Positions 38,727-49,907 of a DNA stretch of 64,000 nt are shown here, piece by piece. Source of the DNA: Octopus bimaculoides (lineage: Eukaryota); assembly GCF_001194135.2 (NCBI RefSeq), contig NC_068994.1, forward strand, positions 36,983,000 to 37,046,999, written 5' to 3'. Under the pieces are notes generated by a model. It was not told the DNA's origin. It did not search any database and saw only the letters and a list, made by a program, of their open reading frames with translations. Numbering within the stretch: the stretch's first letter is position 1; each line of letters opens with the position of its first letter. A program made the translations under genes and the position numbers.

Positions 38727-40352
38727 GTATATACATGTGTATGTATACATTATATGAATATATGTGTGTATACAAACATATATGTATTTACATGTATATA
38801 TATGTGTGTGTATGTGTTTGTGTGTATAATGAGTATATATATGCATGTATGTGTATGTATGTATAGTCTAATATATATATATATATATATATATACATAC
38901 ACACGCACACACATACACACACGCACACACACATACACTATTACAATATTCAAACATAAAGTACTTAGATCAAAGCACGAAAGTTTAAGCCTGATGGGGA
39001 CAAGTGGCAATATACCATTCTGCAGGACTATACACTGAAGAAAAAGAACATGACTTTACTGCATTTGGCTGAATTGATAGATGATGTTGATACAGTAGTG
39101 GTGGTGTTGGGAAGAGAAGGCTTAAGGAAAAGCTAGTTATTGTGAAGATAATACAATGCAGTGTTTGGAATGATCTACTTCAAAAGCTTAATTCATAATG
39201 CTGAATATATAGTATCTCAATGACATAAGAGGAACATTAAAATATGTTTAATATTTCTAGCCTTATATTCATCCTTCTAGATTTATAGAAAGCTTTAATC
39301 TTCTTTCAGGAACTTTAAAGCTTCAGTCAACAGAGGAAGGACTTAGCTTTTGTCTTCCTTTTCCTTTTATAAAAGGAGCATACATCAGATAGTGACTGGG
39401 AAACTTCATCTGACAATTAGAGATTAGAACTTGTATTTTTTGGCTGCTTAGTTACCTTAGTGCTTAAATCACGCAACAAAGAAAGTAAGCATTTTTCAAG
39501 ATATCATAGAAAAGAAATATAATAATCCAGGTAGTAGTATCAATTGTACACATTGTGCATAAGATTAGGTAAGAATGAGCAAATGATTTAGTTTTCTTAT
39601 ATTCCTTTTTTGTTTGTTTGTTTTGTTTCCTGGAAGCCAGGTTTGATTAGTACAGCTAATATATACTTAGAAGATGTAGTAATTTAGAATCAGGGGAGGA
39701 AATAAAAGTAAATCACTTCTTAAGTGTTGCCATGTTATAGAAGAATGGTTAGATTTTCTCTTCAGTAAAGTATGTAAAGAAGGGGCTGGAATTCCTGTGG
39801 AAATAGATTCATATATCCCTCATAAGAGTTTGAATAGTGATGAAAGAAATGGTAGACAACTGAACAGCACTGGTAGACAACTTGGATCCCAGTAGTAGAA
39901 TGATGCTATATTTCATCAACACTGCAGAAAGGGTGAAAGGCAAAGTCAATCTCAGCAAAATTTGAACTTTGACCACAAAAATATGCCATCTTGTTTCACG
40001 CAATAATGATTCTACCAATCCACTGTCCTAGACATAGCCAAACAGTCCTTTCTACTGTAGTACAAGGCCTGAAATTTGAGGGGAGAGATTTAGTCGATTA
40101 CAACGACCCCAGTGCTCAACTGTTACTTTTTTTTTTATCAACCCCCAAAAGGATGATAAACAAAGTCAACTGTTGTGGAATTTGGAATCAGAATATAAAG
40201 CATTTTGCCCAGTGTGCTAATGATTCTGCCAGCTTGCCACCTTGCTACAACTAAATAATACAAGGCATTTTGTCAAACACTTTGTTTCTTCCAAATGCAT
40301 GCCTTTGGTAAAATAATACTGATTTCTAATGTAAATACAAGACTTTAAATTT

Positions 40353-40392
<40 letters not shown>

Positions 40393-42869
40393 AGTTGATT
40401 GATCCAATCCCATTTCTTGCCTAGTGCTTATTTTATCAATCCTCAGAAAAATGAAAAACAAAGTCAAATTTGAACTTAGAATGTAAAGGGCCACGATTAA
40501 ATGCTGTAAGGTATTGTGTTTTGTTTGATGCTCTAACAATTCTGCTCTTTTGTAATATAATATGGAATATTATACAAAATTGTATGATATTCTATAGAAA
40601 GCATGGCACAGCATATTTATAAATGTAAATCTGAATTTACAAATACTTAAAATAAATTTTGGCTGCTAGCATGTTAAAATGGATGCCATTATGTTGATGC
40701 TAGATAAATGATTACATTCTTGAGATTGACAAAGAAATGCTGTAGATTATTTGATAAATTATGAAAACAATTCTGCCCTTGACAATGTGCTTAGCTTCAC
40801 CTACTGTGAAATGCATTAAAAATTGCATCCAATCATATGACGTTTATTTTGTAGAGTTAATTAGAATTAGAATTTTAGTCAGCAATATTTACCTAAACCA
40901 TGCACAAATGGCAAAACATATCTGTTAAACCTCATAATTTTGAAGTTCAACTTTAGGATAGCTGCCACTTAAGGATTGCAATTTGAATAAATTTAAAATG
41001 CTGCATATATAAAAGAGTGAGCCTTTTTATTCCATGATAGATCTATTGAAGAAAATGGTTTCCTAAAGTTTAAGAGCAATGTAGAACTTTAACTGCGTCC
41101 ATATAAATTGAAGTAATGTTAACCTATCACACACCAAATGTAATAGCATTGGATTGATAAAATGATTCTCCTGAATTTTTGCATTTGCTTCCAAATAGTG
41201 TTTAGAAGCACGTGGTTACTTGACTGGTGACCACAGCTGCTGCTGCTGCAGTTTATTATTGCTTATAGAGTACGAGAGAAAGAGAGAGAGACTACAACTA
41301 TAAGATGACAGAGAAGGTGAGAAGTCTCCTTCAGGGGACAGAGCGGTTTCATGGTTTGTAACTTATCCCCTGTTTGTTCTTTTTTCCTTATCTTCTTGGG
41401 TCTTTTTCTTATGAATGGAAGACTGTATTGTGTTTCTATATTTCCATACAATCCATTTATTGAACTTTCCTATAGTTGTAGATTGCACTATTTCATCCTT
41501 ATTCTGGGCTCATCAGTACAACATAACATGAGAACTTGAAATTAGTTAGACTATTTCATTTGAAAGGTAATATCAGGAAGCGCTTTCATTAGAATAAAAA
41601 TCATAATAATGTCAATGACATGTTTTATTGTTTCTTTCTCTTCTGTCCATTTAATTCTAACTAAATAAATATGTATATGCAGACAAATCATAATCTATTT
41701 GACTTGTGCTTGAAAAAAATTAATTTGAGTGAACAAAGTCAAGGAGAAAATAACATTATTAATGAGAAAAATCTCTTTATCACTTTTATCTGCTGTTGTT
41801 CTCCTAGTTCCTAGTGTGGTTTTAGATCAGAAATCATAGGCTGTAAAACAGAATTAGGACAGAGTAATAAATTTTGTTCATTGCTGGTAAAAAGTCGAAT
41901 TTGTCTGTTGGTGATATATCATGTAAAGTGCAATGAAATGGAAATTTTCATAGTTAGTCTTTGAAATCATGCATAACAATATATATATATAGGTAGTGAG
42001 TGAGTGTGTGTATGTGTACATACGTATGAATATGTACATATGTATGTATACATATTCATATATATGTATATATATTCATATATACATGCACATACATACA
42101 CATATTTATACACACACATGTGTATATGTATGCATTTTTTTTCTCTGTACAACAGGTCTTGCATATAGAATTCAACTGAGCATATCTTTTTCTTTCTCTG
42201 TAGTATCTTAAATAATCACAAAATTGTTTACTTAGCTTTTCCCAATTTTGTGTACTGCTTCTTGCATTAGTATAATTTTATTGTTCATTGAAAAGATCAA
42301 GAATAAAATGATTATAGGCCATTACTAAAGTTGATAATTGCTTATAGAAAAGAGTAGAAAGACATAAATTGAAACAATTTAGCTTGATAGAATAAAACTA
42401 ACTGGAAGAAAACTGGTTGAACAAAGATGATAAATTATTTGATATCATTTTATATTATGTTACCAAAGATAATATAATCTGCTTTAGTTTGAAAAACTTC
42501 TATGACTTTACAATATGTGAATTTCAACCTTGAATACAAAGTATTTCAACATTGATAAAACATTAGTCTGGAAGCCTTGAGTCGTGATACAAATTCATCG
42601 ATTATACTTGAGTTTTCAAGCTAGTTTCTATTTCTTCAAGTTTTCAATCTAGCTTCTGTTTTACTTTGACACTTCTCAAATATTATAACCAAAAATTATT
42701 AAATATTCTGCAAATGAATTGTATATTCAAGCAATTTTTTAATTACATGTGTTAAAAGACTAGCCAAAACATTCTATGAAAAACTGAAGAAAACCTTTCC
42801 GAAGTTATCAACTGCCGAAACAAGATTTACTTACTATTCGCTGAAGCAAAGTATCTAAAGTCAAATATA

Positions 42870-42910
<41 letters not shown>

Positions 42911-43218
42911 TTCTTTCTAATTTTTAGCACAAAGACAGCAATATCAAAATATTAGGGGAGAGGCAAGCTGATTGCATGACCCCTAGTAATTGACTGATAC
43001 TTTATTTATTAAACCTGGAAAGATGAAAGGCAAAATTAACCTTGGTGAGATTTCAGCTCAGAATGTAAAGCTCAAGAAGTGCTTCTAAAAACCTGAATAC
43101 TACACTCTTTGATAACCTAAAATCCATAATTATACAATTTACTTGCTGTTTTCTCATAACAAACCCTTGTTCCTATCACTTCATGCAACATTTAAGAATA
43201 TTCAGGTATCTTTTATCT

Positions 43219-43595
43219 TCTACTTGTTTCAGTCATTAGACTGTGGCCATGCTGGGGCACCACCTTGATGTTTTAGGTGAATGAATCGACCACCAGTGCT
43301 TTCATTTTTTTTAAGCCTGGTATTTATTCTATCAGTCTCTGTTGCTGAACCACTAAGTTATGGGGACGTAACTACACTAACACTGGTTGTCAAGCAGTGG
43401 ACAAACACAGACACAAACTCACACACACACACGATGGGCTTCTTTTAGTTTCCAACTTTCAAATTCACTCACAAGGCCTTCATTGGCCCAAGATTATAGT
43501 AGAAGACACTTTCTCAAGATGCCATACAGAGGGACTGAACCTGGAACCATGTGGTTGGGAAGCAAGCTTCTTATGATGCAACCACACTTATGCCT
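43219..43595 (-). mobile_element. SINE family A, full-length diverged copy
   Basis: It is the reverse complement of family A, from the tail (TTTTACTTGTTTCAGTCATT) to the head (GCAACCACAC). Confidence 0.85.
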
Positions 43596-44070
43596 TTTCC
43601 ATTCACATCTTCCACTGAAAATTTATTAAATGGATGAAACCATGTTTACAATCTCAACTAAACATCTTGTCCTGGCAATCTACTTCACAATTATAAAATA
43701 CATCTTCAAACTGTTTTATTTTGTTCTTGTTTAACTCTCATAGCATCAAAATAGCTACGTTAGCACCAAAGAAATTTGCCTGAATCTTATATTACTATAA
43801 GACATTTTAATATTGAGATGTCTTCAAAATTCTGTTTTACTTTTTGTTAACAGCAGAATCTTCTACCATAGTGGACAATTAACAAAGATAACAAATTAAT
43901 AACGGAACTTGCATGGGGTCAGTATAAGCATCATTTTCTCAAAATTTGTGCCAAAACAATGATGCAAGCCATCTAATGAGCACATACACATCATTTTGTG
44001 ATTTTATAAGATATTTATGTGTTTATAAACTGAGTATATGGATCAGTGAAAAGTTAGACTTTATAGTCTA

Positions 44071-45300
44071 CTAGCAGTAGTATAAGGCATTGCACGGGTC
44101 TTAATAAATTACCATTCAACTGCGGAAAGATGAGGCCTTACACTTGAGAAAATTTTTTGATCCCTACCTCGGCTACTGCATTTGCGCAATGCTCTTCTGA
44201 TTTCAACACCTTACTCCTCAGCCCGGCGCAGATTAGAACCATACACTTGCAAATAAAGCCATACAACGAAGCACACAGATAAATGTATAGGAAGAGAATG
44301 AGTTGAACAATTTCAGAGTTTCCTAAGAGGGAACCGTTATGGGGACGTAACTACACTAACACTGGTTGTCAAGCAGTGGACAAACACAGACACAAACTCA
44401 CACACACACACGATGGGCTTCTTTTAGTTTCCAACTTTCAAATTCACTCACAAGGCCTTCATTGGCCCAAGATTATAGTAGAAGACACTTTCTCAAGATG
44501 CCATACAGAGGGACTGAACCTGGAACCATGTGGTTGGGAAGCAAGCTTCTTATGATGCAACCACACAACAGTTGGAATGTCGCCCTCAAGAGGCCCAACA
44601 AGTAGCCACCATGCATTTTGTAAATTGGTATCCTTTCCATTGAATTGGTCACTTTAATGTTATGAATAAACATACTCGAGGTAATCGACCATATAGAAGG
44701 CAGCAGAAATGTCCTCAAATATGCGATACCTAAACTGCCTTTCTGCTGGTCTGTTTGTAGCAGCTGTCTGAAAACATTATTTCTTATTATTATTGTGCAA
44801 CTGCAATGAATCGCCACCTCTTTGCCATCGTAGGAGCACCACACAAATGCCTTTCATAAACCCACAGAGTGTCAACAGGCAGGCGCCCTTTTCTGATGCT
44901 TCCGTCTGATATGGGAAAAATAGTAAAAGTATTTGAGCGTACCCCATTATAGGCATGCAAAGCGATAGTGTTCCCACTTCAGCTTTGGCAAATATGTAGC
45001 ACTTCATTCTAGACAATGTTTCTTGTTTTCACCCAACGTGTTAATGAGAACAGTCTGTCTCTACTGCCAACTCTGGAGCATGCAACGTACAGCTGGCTGT
45101 GGGAAAAGCAAGGCTCTTCCAAGAGAAGTCTGGTCACAGGGAGAGTCTGGCCCTAGGACTTGTTGACAGACATGGTGAAGCTGGGCCAGAGTGGGAATTG
45201 CAGTCTTCTGAAGGTGAAAGGTATGTCTGCTCCCAAGGGAGTAAGGGGAATCCTGGGAATGAATACATTCTCACCTTTTCTGCATCCGGATAGGATGCTT
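44071..45300 (-). mobile_element. Helitron remnant: PIF1-type helicase C-terminus plus 3' CTAG terminus
   Basis: 45300-44995 translates to SGCRKGENVFIPRIPLTPLGADIPFTFRRLQFPLWPSFTMSVNKS*GQTLPVTRLLLEEPCFSHSQLYVACSRVGSRDRLF...KTRNIV*NEVL, the canonical RepHel motifs V/VI. The element ends ...GACCCGTGCAATGCC..ACTACTGCTAG|T at 44071. Confidence 0.9.
44336..44566 (-). repeat. Exact 231-bp duplicate of 43357-43587 (SINE A fragment) inside the Helitron remnant
   Basis: Base-by-base comparison shows no differences, including the CA-run length. Confidence 0.9.
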
Positions 45301-45304
45301 CATC

Positions 45305-45662
45305 AATTTTTTTACAACTGAGTTTTTGCAAAAACCGAACATTGATTGAAGCAGTTGTTATGACTAAAACATGCCTCAGAACATACCTAAGTATATCTGA
45401 AATTTCAGTCAAATCGGTTTGGTGGTTCAGAGGTTTGGCCCAGTTTCACCTGAAAGCACTTGTACACGGAAACCATAAACAATGCAAAAATATAACTTTT
45501 TGAAAGGCAGCTTGAGTATTGATTTGATTCAAGAGATTACCAAGGTTATTGCTTTAACAATGTCATGCCCCAAACCGTCTTTTCTCAAGTGTAAGGCCTC
45601 ATGTTTCCGCACTTTCATGGTAATTTATTAAGACCTGTGCAACGCTGGTTACTACTGCTTGT
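45305..45662 (+). mobile_element. Second Helitron 3' segment, in opposite orientation
   Basis: 45580-45662 is an inverted homolog of 44071-44145 and ends GACCTGTGCAACGCTGGTTTACTACTGCTTG|T. It also carries the AAATTTCAGTCAAATCGGTTTGGTGG block. Confidence 0.75.
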
Positions 45663-45679
45663 GAAACAGATGAAGGAAG

Positions 45680-46415
45680 TAGTATGTACTTACCAGTAGC
45701 TTGTGCAGTGCAGAGGCTGTTATTGTTTTAACTGTCTCATGCTACACATAGAAATCGCTTTCATTTATTGCAATGGAAAGCCTCAGTGCTGGATGTTTAG
45801 TGTTATTGGCAGTGGCTATTTTGAGGTCATGTGGGGTCACAATGTGTGTGCACACCATAGTGGAGATTAATTGTTTATGCATCGGAGAAGGAATGGGGTC
45901 AGTGTTCTGAGAAAAACAAATCAGGAGCTACCTCAGGAGCTACAAAGGCATTTTGTTCGAATGTTAGTTTGTCAAATTGTGCTCAAACAAAGCACAATTT
46001 AATGAAATGAACCATAGCATAAGACTCGTTGGGTGAAAATGCATTCGTTTACCGAGTTTGGTTTAAATTGGCTCAATGGTTCTGGCACTATGGCCAACCT
46101 TAAAGGCATTTTTTGAGTCGGTTTCTCCCGTGCTGTACTCAAATGAAATGGAATTTGAAAAAAATAATAACGAAATGAAAAACCTTGGGTAAGAATGCAT
46201 AGGTATGTCAAGTTTGATCAAAATCGGATGCCTTTTTGAAAAAATCGATAATTATCGATCGAGTTTTTGTGAAAACCAAACATTGATGGAAGCATTTGGT
46301 ATAACTAAAACATACCTCGGAACATACCAAATGCATGTCTGAAATTTCAATCAAATCGGTTTGGTGGAACTCGAGTCATAAACCTTCGAACTTACACACA
46401 CACACATACACATGC
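45680..46415 (+). mobile_element. Third Helitron-related non-coding segment, cut by a SINE B tail
   Basis: 46260-46368 is a diverged direct repeat of 45320-45425 (GAGTTTTTG..AAAACC.AACATTGAT...AAATCGGTTTGGTGG), followed by a CA microsatellite. Confidence 0.6.
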
Positions 46416-46869
46416 AGACAGTTTGGAGCCTGGTGTAGCCATCTGGTTCACCAGTCCTCAGTCAAATCGTCCAACCCATGCTAGCATGGAAAGCGGACGT
46501 TAAATGATGATGATGATGATATGATGATATACAGATGGAAATAGATATGTTTTATAGAAAGAAATGTAACAAAATAGGGATTTTTTCATGCTAGAAATGG
46601 TAGCAAAATCCTTGTAAACCATGCTCGATGTTTTGTGAAAAGAATTTATTGGATAATCTAATTTGAAATATACTGTATATGAAAAAAATGTGATCAGAAA
46701 TGGATTTTTGATGTGATAAGCTCGAATTAATATATGATGTATTGTAAAATAATTGTCTTTAACTTTAGGTTACTGTCATATAATTGGTAAGAAATGCAAG
46801 TACTATACTACTCATGACTAGTCTACTAAATACTGAATGATTAACCATTGATTTATCAATTTAGAAGAC

Positions 46870-47285
46870 TTTTGTTTCATAATAATGAGCAAGCATGGGT
46901 GTGTAGTTAAGAAGCTCACTTTGTAGCCATGTAGTTTTGGGTTCAGTCCCACTATGCTGTACCTTGGGAAAATCTTTTCTTTATAATCTTGGGCTGTCAA
47001 AGGCCTTGTGAATGAATTTAGTAGAGAGAAACTGTGTGGAAGCCCATCATATATAAACATGTATGTGTGTGTCTTTATGTTTGTGTTTGTACCCCCTACC
47101 ACTTTATAATCGGTGTTCGTTTGTTTACATCCCTATAGCATAGTGAGTTTGCAAAAGAGACTGATAGAGTAAATACCGGACTTAAAAAATAAGTGCTGGG
47201 GTTGATTTGTTCAACTAAACATTTCAAGGTAGTGTAGTAACATTGCCACAGTCCAGTAACTAACACAAACAAAAGATAAAAAATA
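46870..47285 (+). mobile_element. SINE family A, full-length diverged copy
   Basis: It has the head GGGTGTGTAGTTAAGAAG...GGTTCAGTCCCACT and the tail ...AACACAAACAAAAGATAAAAA. Confidence 0.8.
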
Positions 47286-47712
47286 AACGGTATTGCTTAC
47301 AGAGCTCAAGTTTACAACACACTTCCAGAATTTTCCTGAACTAAGAAAATAGATTGTATAGTGTACAAAATTACACAAAATTCTGTTTCATAAAGGTAAA
47401 ATCGGTACATAGTTTCAGATTTAATTCCATGGGCAAAAGTTTTCTATTTTGGGGTTGGGATAACTGCCTAGAATCTTCTAGGCAGTTTTAAATTTCAGAT
47501 GAAAAAAAATCCATTAATATTTGATGTAAAATATGAGCATCCTATTTCCTTCATTGTTGACCTTCCTTTACATTACAGTGATTTCATAAGTAACCATACA
47601 CTTAAAATAGAAATGAAAATTTAGACAAGGAGAACTAGGTTCTTGGATAATGGTAATTTTTCTATCTAAATACAAACTTATTTCCTACCAGACAGGAGTC
47701 TGTATTATCTTG

Positions 47713-47745
<33 letters not shown>

Positions 47746-47747
47746 TG

Positions 47748-47788
<41 letters not shown>

Positions 47789-48721
47789 TCATATGTATAT
47801 ACACAAATCTAGATATATACATACCTACACACACACACACACACACATAATGTATACACAAAGACATTCAGGATATTTTTTGAGAGATAGGTATTCTATT
47901 TACATGTTTTGTTTGTTTTTTTTATAAGTATTTACCTAAATATGACATTTTAAAATATCTTCTAAACCAAAAAAAAAATAGTTTAAATATTTTCTGAATG
48001 GTACAATTTCTAAACTCATTGTTAATAAATACACCAAACATATATCTTTCTCAGGAAAACAAACAACATAAGTTTCCTACACTTTTATTGATTTACAATT
48101 CAAGAAATACAAATTTAAAAAACAAAAAGAAAGGATGAATTGAAGACATTTCTGTATATAATAAAAAATCATAATCTAATGGAAGAATCATAGATTTCTT
48201 GATTCTGAGAAAATCCTTATAGATATATCAAAATGATATATATAAATAAAAGACCCTGACTTTCAACTCCTTAGAATGGTACTGAAGTTTTATAAAGCAA
48301 TATTTATGTAGAAATATGATTATATGAAAATAATCAAATAATTTGAAATTTTATATTTTGCCTTTCATAATCTTTATTTTTTTTTACAATATTTTTAATT
48401 TCATGTTTTGCTTATGTTTTTTGTTCAATGAGGAAGATTGTTGCCCATAGCCATTAAAGAAATCACAAAGTAGAAAGTGAGATAGCAGAAGATTATAACA
48501 GTTTATACAAAAATAACATAAAAATAAAACAATAGAAAACGATAATGTGTCATGAGGAATAAATAATTTTAGTATTTGCTTGATAAAATAAAGTTTCAGC
48601 TAAGTACTGGAGTTGACTTATTTGACTGTACTCTCTCTGTACTAGTTTCAGCAAGAAATGTTATCTATTTTTAACACTTTGTTTAACAGATATTTGTCAA
48701 CACAAATGAATCACACCAGCC

Positions 48722-48999
48722 GGGTCTGTTCAGCTTCGCTCACAGATTTTTTAATTAATTCTTTTTAACTAAACAGTTTGAAACTTCGTATACTGGTGTA
48801 ATTTCTCACTGTAAACACGGTTCACTTTCACCATTTTTAACAAAATTTCGTATTTTAGAAGTTATTTTGTGTTAAAGTTGTCATATGCGGGTAATTTTAA
48901 GAAAGCTACTGTTGTTTGTGATAGTAATCAAAGAGCAACAACTTCCTGGTCATTGCTACTAAATGATTAAAAAATCTGTGAACGAAACTGAACAGATCC
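48722..48999. mobile_element. MITE with about 38-bp TIRs starting GG and an 8-bp TSD (Merlin-like?)
   Basis: The left end GGGTCTGTTCAGCTTCGCTCACAGATTTTTTAAT matches the reverse complement of the right end, GGATCTGTTCAGTTTCGTTCACAGATTTTTTAAT. The flanks are CACCAGCC (48714-48721) and CACTAGCC (49000-49007). Confidence 0.75.
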
Positions 49000-49568
49000 C
49001 ACTAGCCTTCTTGGATACTTTTAATTGATTTTTTTCTCTTGTATAGGGCTTCACACTTGTTTTCTTTTCGAAATGAAGGAAATATGTAGACAAATAAGAA
49101 TTTCCAAACTAATACAATTTTAATAGGAAATAGGGCAATGAAATAGTAAAACATTAAAATGTGAGTATAAATAGCTAATGATGAATTAAATTACTGACAG
49201 ACTTGTGTCATTTTCTTTTTTTTCTGTTGATATTGTGTTGAGAATTGAAAAATATAAAACACTTTCCCATGAATCACAGAAAAATTAACTGGAATTTCTA
49301 AGTATTCAGAATTTCTAAGCAGATTAGGTAAAGGTTAGAAGTTAGCTTATCATAAAGTTCTAGGGATGTATTGAAATAATTATGTTTGATATTTATTGTC
49401 CTGTTTTTGCTTCTTAGAATAAGTATTATAATTCATCTATTCACTACTCTGAGCAAAACAGTGTACATTTCAATCAAGGTGGGACTGGGTATTGGAGAGT
49501 CAAATGATTGTGCCTATTCAGGACAAGATTCTTGGGTATCTTTGCAAGTTTTTGTGTATGTCACCTAC

Positions 49569-49652
49569 CTCTGAGTAACATTCTGTATAGCAGCAAACTG
49601 TACCACAGCTTGTTCCAGTTTTTATAACATCATTTGAGAGATAATGTTTTCT
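49569..49652 (-). CDS. Weak candidate internal exon (84 nt, phase 0 to 0; RKHYLSNDVIKTGTSCGTVCCYTECYSE)
   Basis: It has donor GAG|GTAGGT and acceptor CCTAACTCAG|AG, and only the phase-0 frame is open. The polypyrimidine tract is weak. Confidence 0.15.
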
Positions 49653-49907
49653 CTGAGTTAGGAATGCTGATTTATTGAAATTGTCCTCAAAATATTTCAA
49701 CATAACACAAAACATGAATAAATCAAATACATAACAAAACATACTCATTGTGCTTATTTGTAGCTAAGTTGAGGGAGCTTTTGAGAATTTTTGAAAATTA
49801 ATTGCAAATAAAGTATAACAATACATTCACATGGCACCCATTTGATGCAAAAGATACAAGGCTATTGAGAATTATTCAGAATTAATTACAAATCAAAGAT
49901 ATATACA

